64,000 nt of DNA from the NCBI GenBank assembly GCA_046484055.1, contig JAWOBY010000048.1, positions 4,596 to 68,595 on the forward strand, in the 5' to 3' direction. The DNA is from Candidatus Woesearchaeota archaeon. Its GTDB lineage: Archaea; Nanobdellota; Nanobdellia; Woesearchaeales; UBA12501. A model generated the notes under the pieces. It ran no database searches, was not told the DNA's origin, and was given only the letters and a program-made list of their open reading frames with translations. How positions within the stretch are numbered: the stretch's first letter is position 1; every line of letters starts with the position of its first letter. Of the stretch, positions 16,492-25,674 are shown in pieces. A program made the position numbers and the translations under genes.

Positions 16492-18726
16492 ATGGCTGGA
16501 GCTGATACAGACAAGATAGAAGAGGTGTTAGGTCCGCCTCCATCACCAGAGGAAGAGGAGAAGAAGGGATTATTCTCAAGCCTTTTCGGAAAGAAAAAAG
16601 ACAAGGAGAAATCCGAGAAGTCCGGCGACGAGGCCGAAGGGATTGATAAAGGGCTGAGTGACAAGGGCCTTCCTGAAAAAGGTGAAAAAGGACTGCCCGA
16701 AAAGCCGGCCGGGAAGAAGAGCAGTAAAGAGGATGAAGAAAAGGCAAAAGCAGCTTCTAAAGGGGCTTCTGTGAAAGATGATAGCGGAGCACGCGGCGGA
16801 CTGCGCGGCGCATCCCGAAGGAAAGCTATGGATATCAAGGATGATGAAGGAGCAGATGAGGATATAATCAAAAAGACAGGTAAAGGGCGGGACAAGGACA
16901 GGTCCGCCCTCATGCCGAAAGCCCCTGAAAGCAAGGAAGAGGACAAAGGGAGTGATGATAAGGACAAAGGCAGTGATAATAAAAATGTAAAAGAGCTGAA
17001 GAAAAAGGAAGAGTTCCTCGCCAGGAAGAAAGAGGACCTGGACAGGTGGGAGAAAGAGCTGAAAGCGAAGGGGGCTGCCGCCGCCAAACAGGAGAAAGTG
17101 GAGAAGAGGATAAAAGATCTGCAGGAGAAATATGACCGGCTAAGCCACGACGTTTCCAGAAAGGAAGAGGAGCTCAATGACCTTGAGCAGCAGATAAAAT
17201 CAAAACAGAAAGATGCATCCGGAAAAGGGAATGCCCTGAAAGAGAAACAAAACATACTCCTTGACCTCTCTGATAAGATAACCCGGCGTAAGAAGGAGCT
17301 GGATGAGAAAGAGAAAGCCCTTGCTGAGAGGGAGAAATCAGCAGAAGAGGCCCACAAGGAAGCGGGCAGGAAAGAGGCGGACGTCAAGAAACTGGTCAAT
17401 GAAAGCAGGAAAGAGCTCTCATCACTGGAAAAAAGGAAGGATTCGCTCAACAAGGACATAGAACTCCTCAAGAAAGACAAGGAGAACCTTCAGTCCGAGC
17501 TTGAAAAGGCCCAAAACAAGCTGAAAGAGACGATCAACACGAACAAGAAAGAGAGAAAATACCTCAACAAGAAGCACGACGAGATACTCGGGAGGGAGGA
17601 GAAGGCGGCCAAAGAAGAGGAGAAGCTGAAGAAGCTCCAGGACCGCATAAAGATGAGGCAGGATGAGCTGGCTGAGAAGGAAAACGAGCTCAGTGAAAAA
17701 GAGAAGAACCTTCAGGACAAGGAGAAACAGCTTGATTCCAGAGAGAAATCACTCCGGAAAAAGGCAGAAAAGATAGAGAATGATATCACCGGCCTCATGA
17801 AACAGAAAGAGAAGATATCCGAAGATATAGAATCAAAGAAAGCATACATAAAGGATCTTGACAAGAAGTCAAAAATCCTTGAGGATAAGGAGAAAGAGGT
17901 CACCAAAAGCGTGAAGGACATTGAGAAAAGCAACCGGCTCCTGAAAGAGAGGGAGGATGAGGTCTTGAATCTCATTGATGAGATGGAGAAGACCAAGAAG
18001 AACCTTGAAAGCAAGGAGGATGATGTCAAGAAGAAAGTCGGGGAGCTAGAGAACAGGATGAAGGAGCTGAATGAGACTGAAGCTGAGCTTGAGAACAGGG
18101 AGAACAGCATAGGCAGGATCGAGAAGCAGCTCCAGAAGCAGAAGGCAGAGCTCAAGGAAAAACTGGACAGGATAAACAAGGCCAAGGAACTCCAGACCAG
18201 CATAGACTCACTGAAGAAATCCAAGCAGGAGATGGAAAACCAGATGCAGAAGAAGATCAGGGACCTGGAGAACAAGATAGAGAAAAAATCACAGAAACTG
18301 ATGAACATGGACGAGATAAAGAAGAAGCAGGAAGAGATGAAGGAAAAAGAGAAAGAACTCAACAAGAGATCCGAACTGATCAGCAGGAAAGAGAAGAGCG
18401 TCAAGGATATGCTGGAAAGGTCCGAACAGGATCTTAAGAAGGAGAAGTTCGGCGCTTATGTGGCGAGCGAGTTCATGGAGAGGCCCGCAAGGGAAGAGGT
18501 GGCAGAGGACATCGTTGAAAGCAAGGAAGAGAAGACGATGAGGATACTGTCCATGATACAGGAGGCCAGAGAGGCCCTGGAGATGGAGGACGCGCACAGG
18601 GCCAGGGACATATACCACAAGATAAAGCCGATGTATGACCAGCTCCCCAGCGTGGAGCACAAGAAAAAGGTATATTATGACATCATGGAGCTGAAGACTG
18701 ATATTGAGCTCAACTCTATTGAGTGA
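16492..18726 (+). CDS. 744-aa K/E-rich coiled-coil protein with a short non-repetitive C-terminal domain
   Basis: The long ORF is dominated by heptad-like E/K/L repeats (KELDEKEKALAEREK...). The last ~100 aa are non-repetitive (RILSMIQEAREALEMEDAHRARDIYHKIKPMYDQLP). Confidence 0.7.
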   Translation: MAGADTDKIEEVLGPPPSPEEEEKKGLFSSLFGKKKDKEKSEKSGDEAEGIDKGLSDKGLPEKGEKGLPEKPAGKKSSKEDEEKAKAASKGASVKDDSGARGGLRGASRRKAMDIKDDEGADEDIIKKTGKGRDKDRSALMPKAPESKEEDKGSDDKDKGSDNKNVKELKKKEEFLARKKEDLDRWEKELKAKGAAAAKQEKVEKRIKDLQEKYDRLSHDVSRKEEELNDLEQQIKSKQKDASGKGNALKEKQNILLDLSDKITRRKKELDEKEKALAEREKSAEEAHKEAGRKEADVKKLVNESRKELSSLEKRKDSLNKDIELLKKDKENLQSELEKAQNKLKETINTNKKERKYLNKKHDEILGREEKAAKEEEKLKKLQDRIKMRQDELAEKENELSEKEKNLQDKEKQLDSREKSLRKKAEKIENDITGLMKQKEKISEDIESKKAYIKDLDKKSKILEDKEKEVTKSVKDIEKSNRLLKEREDEVLNLIDEMEKTKKNLESKEDDVKKKVGELENRMKELNETEAELENRENSIGRIEKQLQKQKAELKEKLDRINKAKELQTSIDSLKKSKQEMENQMQKKIRDLENKIEKKSQKLMNMDEIKKKQEEMKEKEKELNKRSELISRKEKSVKDMLERSEQDLKKEKFGAYVASEFMERPAREEVAEDIVESKEEKTMRILSMIQEAREALEMEDAHRARDIYHKIKPMYDQLPSVEHKKKVYYDIMELKTDIELNSIE

Positions 18727-18792
18727 ATCTTTTTAATGGTTCTTATGACTATTATTGCAGGTTATTGTTGTAACTTATCCAGTTTAAGATAA

Positions 18793-19926
18793 TCACTGCT
18801 TCTTCCCCACAGACACAACCCTCTCATCCTCATCAATCTCAAACTTAACATCAAGGAACTGCTCCACAGTGTAGATATTCGTCCTGGTATGGTCGCTTAT
18901 CCTGCTCACCTTCATCCTTCCGCCCTGGCCGAACAATGCCATGTATGGTATGAGGTTGTCAGCAAGATGCTCATCAACAGGGGCTTCAAGGCTTATCTCG
19001 TCAAGAAGCTTTTCCGCGGCTTCACGCCCCACAAGTTCGGCCTTCTTGCCCCTCTCACCCAGAGCGTCAGCCCCGAGCCTTATGTGGTTTATCATGTCAA
19101 AATCCTTCTCTCTCGAGAATATGGCCCACAATGTTATCCCTGAACCCGGCGAAAGAGTGTCATAATACTGGTTCTGGATATCAACAGGATAACCAAGCTT
19201 TCTCAGCGTGGATTCAGCGGACATGCTCTGCCTCTCCGCGACCTTGCTGTCCTGGAGTCCTGATGACGCATTGCTGAGCCCTTTTATGTGTACGAGCTGG
19301 CCCTGCTCAACAAGCTCTATGCTGTTCGCCTGGCCCCTCTCGATGAAGCTGTACTTGGGTTTTATGTTTAGCTCCGCTCTGCCTCCCCCTTTTGGGTAAT
19401 AGCCCCTTTTCTCAACCCTCAGATCTATATCAGCATACCTGTTGAGCTGGGGCATGATTATCTCCCTCACATAGTCTATAGGCATGCTCCACTTCACATC
19501 GGTGCCCCCTGTGAGATGGATCCTTGTCCTCCCCCCAGCGAAAAGGCAGGGCGGCAGCAATGACTGCATGATCAGGGTCATGGAGCCGGCTGTCTCGACA
19601 TCAATGTTAATTGTCTTCGGCTTGACCTCTCCCGGAACAAATCTCAGCTTTTCAGAGCCGATATGAGCATCCTCCACCTTGCCGCTGCACAGCTCCTTCA
19701 CTGCTTCCACGCAGTAGAGGTGCTGGTGCTTGAGGCCGGGCTTGGGCCTGCCCTTCCTTATATCCCTGATCTCAAACGGCTTTTGTGTTATGGCGGACAA
19801 GGCGAGCGCAGTCCTGAGTATCTGTCCTCCTCCCTCAAGGTAATTCCCGTCAATACTTATGATTTCACTCGCATTGTTCTTGTCTGACGGGCCATTGTTC
19901 TTGTCTGGTGCGTTATCTGCCATCAT
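18793..19926 (-). CDS. rtcA: RNA 3'-terminal phosphate cyclase
   Basis: IDGNYLEGGGQILRTALALSAITQKPFEIRDIRKGRPKPGLKHQHL is the canonical RtcA N-terminus. Length is right for RtcA. Confidence 0.85.
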   Translation of the reverse strand: MMADNAPDKNNGPSDKNNASEIISIDGNYLEGGGQILRTALALSAITQKPFEIRDIRKGRPKPGLKHQHLYCVEAVKELCSGKVEDAHIGSEKLRFVPGEVKPKTINIDVETAGSMTLIMQSLLPPCLFAGGRTRIHLTGGTDVKWSMPIDYVREIIMPQLNRYADIDLRVEKRGYYPKGGGRAELNIKPKYSFIERGQANSIELVEQGQLVHIKGLSNASSGLQDSKVAERQSMSAESTLRKLGYPVDIQNQYYDTLSPGSGITLWAIFSREKDFDMINHIRLGADALGERGKKAELVGREAAEKLLDEISLEAPVDEHLADNLIPYMALFGQGGRMKVSRISDHTRTNIYTVEQFLDVKFEIDEDERVVSVGKKQ

Positions 19927-19975
19927 TTTCCATATGAACGATAGATTTATATATTTTACTCACAGCGTACAGGCC

Positions 19976-21058
19976 ATGAAAATTTCCCGGCTGTTAACCC
20001 GCAGGATAGTGATCCTTCTGGCATGCGCCATTATATTCTCAATGATGGCTCATATTTCAGCAGCCCAGACACTTGAAAACTATGAAGTGGATTTCCATAT
20101 CTCATATGGCAAGGTTGTGGTGCAGGAGGAGATGATATTTGACAACCCTGCAAGCGGGAACCTGATTCTTGAGCTTCCGGATGATGCTGAAGGCATCTCC
20201 CTCAAGGCAGATAACACCTCAAAGGATATGATGGAAGAGGATAACAGGATTGACCTGCTCCTGAACTCGACGGAAAGGGTCGAATTGAGTTATATAACAG
20301 AAGAACTTCTCGGTAATTCGGAATTCATAGTCAGTATGAGGATGCCTTATGATACCAAAAACTTCAGGGTGAGCCTGCTATTGCCTGAGAATGCGGTGCT
20401 ATCAAAACCTCTCCCTGAGAAATCAACAGCGCCCAGCCCTGCTTACCCCCTGCCGAATCAGGCCACCACAGACGGCAGGCGGATAAAGCTGATATGGCAG
20501 TTCTCAGACCTTGAGAAAGGCGAGGAGAACAGCTTTTTTGTAAGATATGAGGGGGAAAAGACTGCAGGACTTACTATGACAGGACTGCTGATCGCCGCCG
20601 CCCTTGCTGTGATCATCTCGTACCTCATAATCAGGAAGCGTAAAGTAACAGCAAAAGAGACAGCAGAAACAAGAAGGGAGGGCAGCTCAAAAAAGGGAAA
20701 AGACGGTGCGGATGATGGGGGAGGCAAGGAAGAGGACAAGGAAGAGGACAAAAAAGAGGACAAGAAAGAGAACAAGAAAGAGGAGGGGGATGAGATTCAT
20801 GATACAGGTGGTATCCCCCCTCAAAAGCCTGTGGAAACAGAAAAGGGCTCGTTTGAGGGCCACCTCAAGGAGGATGAGGAGCAGGTAGTCAATATACTGA
20901 AGCAGAGGGAAGGCCGTGTTGAGCAGGGAACTCTCCGTATAATCACCGGATTCTCCAAAGCAAAGCTTTCAGGCCTTCTTAAGGAGCTTGAAGACCGTAA
21001 AATAGTCCATAAGGAAAAAAGAGGAAAGAAAAACCTTGTTTTCCTGAAAAAGCAGTAG
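19976..21058 (+). CDS. single-pass membrane protein: extracellular domain + TM + acidic/K-rich linker + cytoplasmic wHTH
   Basis: The internal ATG at 19976 gives the signal-like N-terminus MKISRLLTRRIVILLACAIIFSMMAHISAAQ. The TM segment is GLLIAAALAVIISYLII. The C-terminus VVNILKQREGRVEQGTLRIITGFSKAKLSGLLKELEDRKIVHKEKRGKKNLVF is a wHTH. Confidence 0.6.
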   Translation: MKISRLLTRRIVILLACAIIFSMMAHISAAQTLENYEVDFHISYGKVVVQEEMIFDNPASGNLILELPDDAEGISLKADNTSKDMMEEDNRIDLLLNSTERVELSYITEELLGNSEFIVSMRMPYDTKNFRVSLLLPENAVLSKPLPEKSTAPSPAYPLPNQATTDGRRIKLIWQFSDLEKGEENSFFVRYEGEKTAGLTMTGLLIAAALAVIISYLIIRKRKVTAKETAETRREGSSKKGKDGADDGGGKEEDKEEDKKEDKKENKKEEGDEIHDTGGIPPQKPVETEKGSFEGHLKEDEEQVVNILKQREGRVEQGTLRIITGFSKAKLSGLLKELEDRKIVHKEKRGKKNLVFLKKQ

Positions 21059-21354
21059 ATGAACATAATTGAACTTTCTGAAACCTTTTTTCCCCTTCAA
21101 AATGCCCAAAAAGTGTATGTTCTGCAGATAAAAATTAAGTAGATTCCCGATACATTACAACATATGAGTAAAAAAAGGTCCGGGCCGTGCTGAAAAAGTA
21201 TCACCTCACAACCTTTTGGGTTACAACCCCTTGGACAACATGGCCCGGACTGCTCATTATTGCTGTTTGTGATCATGTGGTCAATTGCAGGACGGGGCCA
21301 GATGATAAGAACAATTGAGGATCAGAGGATAAGGATAAACCTTGGAGGGCAAGA

Positions 21355-21834
21355 ATGAATCAGGAAGCAAGGCAGGAGAAGGACAAGGAAATGTTTCAGG
21401 AGAAATACGCCCATTACTTTCTCAACAAGGTGGGGGTGTGTGAACATCAGCCGCTCGGCAAACTGAATGGCGAGCATAGCGCATATGTCGCGGGGATAGG
21501 ATTCCTCATATCATATCTGGACAAGGCAGAAGACATTTACAAGACATCCGGCTCCCACAGGGCTGTGCAGAAGATACTGGACAGGGTGTCACTGTACCAT
21601 CCTGATGTTGAGGAAGCCATGCCACGTCACGAAGGCGGTGTTAAGCTGAGGACAAAGAACGGGGATGAGGATATCTCAACACTGGCCAAAACGGCCATGA
21701 ATGATGTGCATAAGAGAATGGATGATATTGAGGAACTGCTGGCTTCAGGGGGCAAGATTAATAAAAAGAGAATCAATGGATACCCTGCAGGACAGGATGG
21801 AGGGCAGGAATCCCCAGGTGTGATATACAGTTAG
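21355..21834 (+). CDS. hypothetical protein
   Basis: 159-aa ORF with coding-like composition. No recognised motif. Confidence 0.45.
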   Translation: MNQEARQEKDKEMFQEKYAHYFLNKVGVCEHQPLGKLNGEHSAYVAGIGFLISYLDKAEDIYKTSGSHRAVQKILDRVSLYHPDVEEAMPRHEGGVKLRTKNGDEDISTLAKTAMNDVHKRMDDIEELLASGGKINKKRINGYPAGQDGGQESPGVIYS

Positions 21835-22030
21835 AAAGGGAAGATAAAGAGAGTGATAGGATGGTGACAGGGGAGTGATATCACTTGATGTGAAGGAACA
21901 GGCACTCAAAGAGATTGGGTTGATGAGGAGAACACACTATAATGGAATCTAAAAACTGCAACAGGAATGTAAAAATAAGAAACATAAAACGATACATGAA
22001 TATAAAACAAGAACACAAGGAGGTAAAAAA

Positions 22031-23212
22031 ATGAAACGACTGATGGCTGTATTCGTCGCTGCGCTTATGCTTTTAAGCGTATTTCCGGTGGCATTCGCGC
22101 AGGACGAGGGGAACAATGTGTCTGAAAACATGACAGACATGGATGAAGGCACAGAGACAGACGAGACCGCAGACCAGGAAGATGATACGGATGAAGAGGA
22201 TGAGTCTGATGAAGAGACAGAAGAGGAAACTGATGAAGATGAATTAGACGAGGACGATTCTGACGGAGAGACAGATGAAGAAGCGGAAGACGAATCAGAT
22301 GAAGAGCTTGAAGGTGAGGAAGATCTGGATGAGTCTGCAGAAGGAAACGAGACCTCAGAGGAGGATGAAGAGAAAGCAGAAGACGAAGCAGGAATCACCC
22401 CTGACAATGGATTCATGTGGGGGCTTGAGAGAGCCATGGAGAGGATAAGCCTCGCTCTTACGTTTGACAAGTCTGAGAAAGCAAAGAAAGGGCTTTCCCA
22501 TGCGAAGGAGAGGCTTGCTGAAGTACAGACCATGATCCAGGAGAATAAGTTTGAAGACGCCGAGAAGGCAAAGGAGCAGCACGGCAAAGCGCTCGGCAAG
22601 GTAAAGCAGGCGGTGGAAGGCATTGACGGCGAGTCAGAGCCCGAAGAACAGCTTGAGGATCAGGTCGAGATAGAGGGCGAGCTTGAGGACCAGGAGCAGG
22701 AGATGGAGAAAATAGGAGAGAGAGCCCGGAAAATGCTGAACCTCACTGAAGACCAGCAGCAGAGGATACAGAACATGGTAGAAGAGCTCAAGCAGGGGGT
22801 TTCAGAGACCAAGGCAAAAGCCAAGGCCAAGGGAAACAAGGTCAAGATAGCTGTCCAGGCCAAGACAGGAAAATCTGCTGAAGAGGTAGATGATCTTGTC
22901 GAGGATATGAAGGAAGCCAGGAAGGAAAGGATTCAACAGATGAAAGAGAAAGCCAAGGAAGCCAGGGAGAAGGCGAAAGAGATGAGGGAAGAGAGAAAGG
23001 AAGAAGCGAAAGGGATGGCCGAGGACAGAAAAAAAGCTCCCGGAAGGATGAGAGAATCCGCTGAAGAAGATGAGGCAGAGAACGAGACTCTGGAGGAGGA
23101 TGAGCCCTCTGAGGGGGATAACTCCTCAGAATCCGGCGAAACTGACGAGGATGGAGTGGATATCGGCGGCGCAGTAGGCATAGGGAAACCCAAGAGCAAA
23201 GCGGGTGAATGA
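22031..23212 (+). CDS. secreted acidic protein with DUF5667-like helical domain
   Basis: SD AAGGAGGT. Signal peptide MKRLMAVFVAALMLLSVFPVAFA. A ~100-aa D/E-rich stretch. PDNGFMWGLERAMERISLALTFDKSEKAKKGLSHAKERLAE resembles DUF5667. Confidence 0.6.
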   Translation: MKRLMAVFVAALMLLSVFPVAFAQDEGNNVSENMTDMDEGTETDETADQEDDTDEEDESDEETEEETDEDELDEDDSDGETDEEAEDESDEELEGEEDLDESAEGNETSEEDEEKAEDEAGITPDNGFMWGLERAMERISLALTFDKSEKAKKGLSHAKERLAEVQTMIQENKFEDAEKAKEQHGKALGKVKQAVEGIDGESEPEEQLEDQVEIEGELEDQEQEMEKIGERARKMLNLTEDQQQRIQNMVEELKQGVSETKAKAKAKGNKVKIAVQAKTGKSAEEVDDLVEDMKEARKERIQQMKEKAKEAREKAKEMREERKEEAKGMAEDRKKAPGRMRESAEEDEAENETLEEDEPSEGDNSSESGETDEDGVDIGGAVGIGKPKSKAGE

Positions 23213-23230
23213 GCACTTCAATAACTCTCT

Positions 23231-23246
23231 CTTTTTCTTTTTTTTA
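23231..23246 (+). terminator. oligo-T tract (archaeal terminator-like)
   Basis: cTTTTTcTTTTTTTTa lies about 20 nt after the stop at 23212. Confidence 0.45.
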
Positions 23247-23292
23247 TTTAATTATCCTCTTTGATTATGCTCTGTTACTGTTCTGCTATGGT

Positions 23293-23454
23293 TCAAAGTT
23301 TCCTGAATTTCCTGAGAAGTCTTGTTATTATGAATCCTGATTCTTTCCTGAACTCGGCATCCGATTTCACAAGCTCGTCCTCGCTCATCAGCTTTTTGTC
23401 CTCCTCTTTAAGCTTGCTGTAATCAGGCTTTTCCCTCTTATTGAACGGCCACAT
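23293..23454 (-). CDS. possible small protein (53 aa)
   Basis: ATG at 23454 is preceded by GGAGGGAG 5 nt upstream. It translates to MWPFNKREKPDYSKLKEEDKKLMSEDELVKSDAEFRKESGFIITRLLRKFRKL. It is below the ORF-track cutoff and is on the same strand as, and downstream of, NMD3. Confidence 0.3.
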   Translation of the reverse strand: MWPFNKREKPDYSKLKEEDKKLMSEDELVKSDAEFRKESGFIITRLLRKFRKL

Positions 23455-23559
23455 ATACACTCCCTCCGCTCTCCCTTCCGGATCAGGATGTGCCCTGCTT
23501 ATTTAAATGTTTTTCCGGTAAATGTTTTTCCGGCTGAGGCAGCGATACTGGGTGCAGGT

Positions 23560-24528
23560 TCAGATGATGTAAGCTCCATCATCGGCTATCACTGCTTCCA
23601 CCTCATCATCCGCTTTCAGATCCTTCAATGTCTTTCTGGAGTTCAGCACTCTGATGTCCTGATATGTCTCGGGATGAAGGACTTCCATATGAGGGTACAT
23701 CTTGACGATTCTTGTCTTTATCCTGTCCAGCACATTATAATCCTGTTTCCTGTAATCAAAGCTTGTCTTCTTGCCTGTCCTGAGATCATGGCCTGTTGCT
23801 GATTTCCTCCCTATCTCTGTTATCCTGATCATCTTGCTGCCTGTGCTGACCGCATCGCCGACCTTGAAATCCAGCATCTCAAAGAGGACGTTTATCCTGT
23901 GTATCTCCCTGCTGGTCTGCCTGTCCCTTGAGTAAAGCTCCGGATTGATCTTAAGCGCTCCTCCGAATCTGTCCTGAAGCCTCTTTCCGAGGTTCTGGAG
24001 GTGTTTCTGGGATGTGAGGTAGAAATCGATACCGTTCTCCCTCTTTATTTCATTGGTTATATGCACTCCCTTATCATTCTGCTTCCTGACTTCATTCCTT
24101 ATGAAATCTACAGCCTCCTGCGAAGGATTCCTCAGCTGCAGTACCCCCTCAAAATATTCCGTGCCTTTCTTTCCGCACTTGGGGCAGAGAGTCATCTCTA
24201 TCCTTGCGGGGAGATAATACCTCTCATTTGGGGAGAATTCAACCTCCACCTCAAAATCATAGGAAAGGCCCGGCTTCCATTCCATCTCAGGAAGAAAAGG
24301 CCGGACCTTCACGCTGGCTCTGCTCTTGAGCGACTTCTCCACGACCTTCCTCACAGCATCATCCAGACTGCTGAATCTGGTCCACTTGTTCCTGAACAGG
24401 CAGGACCTGCAGTTTATGCATGCCTTCAATTTTATGTCTTTGAACTGCACAAAAGCCTCCTTGAGGGCGCATTCGCTGCACAGGACACCCTTTATCCCTT
24501 TCTTTCCGCATTTCGGACAGAAGCTCAT
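23560..24528 (-). CDS. NMD3-family protein (archaeal ribosome-associated NMD3 homologue)
   Basis: N-terminal Cys clusters FCPKCG...CSEC...CINC and a second CPKCG. The ATG at 24528 is preferred because an AATAATATAAAGG TATA-like box lies about 27 nt upstream. The maximal ORF reaches 24570. Confidence 0.7.
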   Translation of the reverse strand: MSFCPKCGKKGIKGVLCSECALKEAFVQFKDIKLKACINCRSCLFRNKWTRFSSLDDAVRKVVEKSLKSRASVKVRPFLPEMEWKPGLSYDFEVEVEFSPNERYYLPARIEMTLCPKCGKKGTEYFEGVLQLRNPSQEAVDFIRNEVRKQNDKGVHITNEIKRENGIDFYLTSQKHLQNLGKRLQDRFGGALKINPELYSRDRQTSREIHRINVLFEMLDFKVGDAVSTGSKMIRITEIGRKSATGHDLRTGKKTSFDYRKQDYNVLDRIKTRIVKMYPHMEVLHPETYQDIRVLNSRKTLKDLKADDEVEAVIADDGAYII

Positions 24529-24659
24529 GCGCCTGTTATGGGTGCAGGCCTTTATATTATTTTTGTACAATAACCCTCATTCTGGTCACGACCGCATCCG
24601 AAAATCATTGAGCAGAGACCACCAAAACCTTTATAATATACCCGCTTACTGCAATCCTG

Positions 24660-25358
24660 ATGAAAAGAAAGAGAGCAGGAAACGCCCGCAGAGGACCTGA
24701 GAAGGCGGGAAACAACGGCTCAACAGGCAGTCTCCCAAAAAGACTCAGGAGGATCTGGGGCAGGTTCTGGCACTTCTTCTGGGAAGAAGACACACTGCTT
24801 AGCTGGATTGTCAACATAATTGTTGCTTTTATACTCATAAAGTGGATAGTATACCCCGGTCTGGGGCTGGTACTCCAGACAGATTATCCTGTCGTGGCGG
24901 TCATATCGAACAGCATGGAGCATGATAACGGCTTCGGGGAATGGTGGAGCACTCAGGGGGAATGGTATGAAGAGAGAGGGATATCAGAGGAGGATTTCAC
25001 GGACTATATCTTCAGCAACGGCTTCAACAGGGGGGATATAATGATACTGCAGGGTGCTGAGGAGGATGAGATCAAGGTAGGTGATGTGATAGTATACAAG
25101 AGCTACATAAGGGAAGAGCCCATAATCCACCGTGTCGTCAGGGTGAACAAGACTGCGGGAGGCAGTCATTTTTACGTCACAAAAGGCGACCATAACGACA
25201 GGCCCTACCCTTTTGAGATAAGGATAAATCCTGATGATGTCTTAGGTAAAGCGCTGTTCAGGATACCCTACATGGGGTGGATAAAGATAACTTTCGTATG
25301 CGCTGTGGAGAACATCATTGGCCACGGCAATTTCATAACCTGTATGGGGGGTGCATAG
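24660..25358 (+). CDS. signal peptidase I (archaeal/ER Sec11 type, S26B)
   Basis: A TM anchor followed by VISNSMEH (catalytic Ser), GDIMILQG, GDVIVYK, IIHRVV and TKGDHN. Confidence 0.8.
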   Translation: MKRKRAGNARRGPEKAGNNGSTGSLPKRLRRIWGRFWHFFWEEDTLLSWIVNIIVAFILIKWIVYPGLGLVLQTDYPVVAVISNSMEHDNGFGEWWSTQGEWYEERGISEEDFTDYIFSNGFNRGDIMILQGAEEDEIKVGDVIVYKSYIREEPIIHRVVRVNKTAGGSHFYVTKGDHNDRPYPFEIRINPDDVLGKALFRIPYMGWIKITFVCAVENIIGHGNFITCMGGA

Positions 25359-25674
25359 AATGTTTTGTCCGAAATGCGGCGGAATACTGATGCCGAAGAA
25401 AGAAGACAACAAGAAAGTTCTCGCCTGTTCCTGCGGCTACAAGAGCAAGGACATATCCCAGGCGAAGCTCAAGGAGAACATGAGCAGGGACAAGGAAGTG
25501 GAAGTGGTGGAGAAAGAGGATGTTGAATCGATGCCTGTAGTGAACATCGAATGCCCCAAATGCCATAACACAAAGGCATACTTCTGGATGACCCAGACAA
25601 GGGCCAGCGACGAGCCCGAAACCAAGTTCTACCGCTGCACGAAGTGCAGGCATACCTGGAGGGATTACGGATAA
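25351..25674 (+). CDS. tfs: transcription factor S (TFS / RpoM-like)
   Basis: N-terminal zinc ribbon CPKCGG...CSCG. C-terminal CPKC...YFWMTQTRASDEPETKFYRCTKCRHTW carries the acidic loop. Confidence 0.9.
   Translation: MHRMFCPKCGGILMPKKEDNKKVLACSCGYKSKDISQAKLKENMSRDKEVEVVEKEDVESMPVVNIECPKCHNTKAYFWMTQTRASDEPETKFYRCTKCRHTWRDYG

Noticed and set aside
16488-18404. Long minus-strand ORFs (330 aa and 230 aa), Ser/Leu/Phe-rich, antisense to the coiled-coil gene
   Set aside because: They are mirror-frame artefacts of the GAA/AAG-rich plus-strand gene. Their low-complexity S/F/L composition has no motifs, and the plus-strand ORF is far longer.
21949-23216. Minus-strand ORFs (224, 124 and 88 aa), Ser-rich, antisense to the acidic secreted protein gene
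   Set aside because: They are shadow ORFs of a GAn-repeat-rich coding region. The plus-strand ORF has an SD, a signal peptide and a recognisable domain.
24001-24573. 190-aa plus-strand ORF opposite the NMD3 gene
   Set aside because: It is antisense to a gene with conserved Cys-cluster motifs, and it has no SD or TATA.
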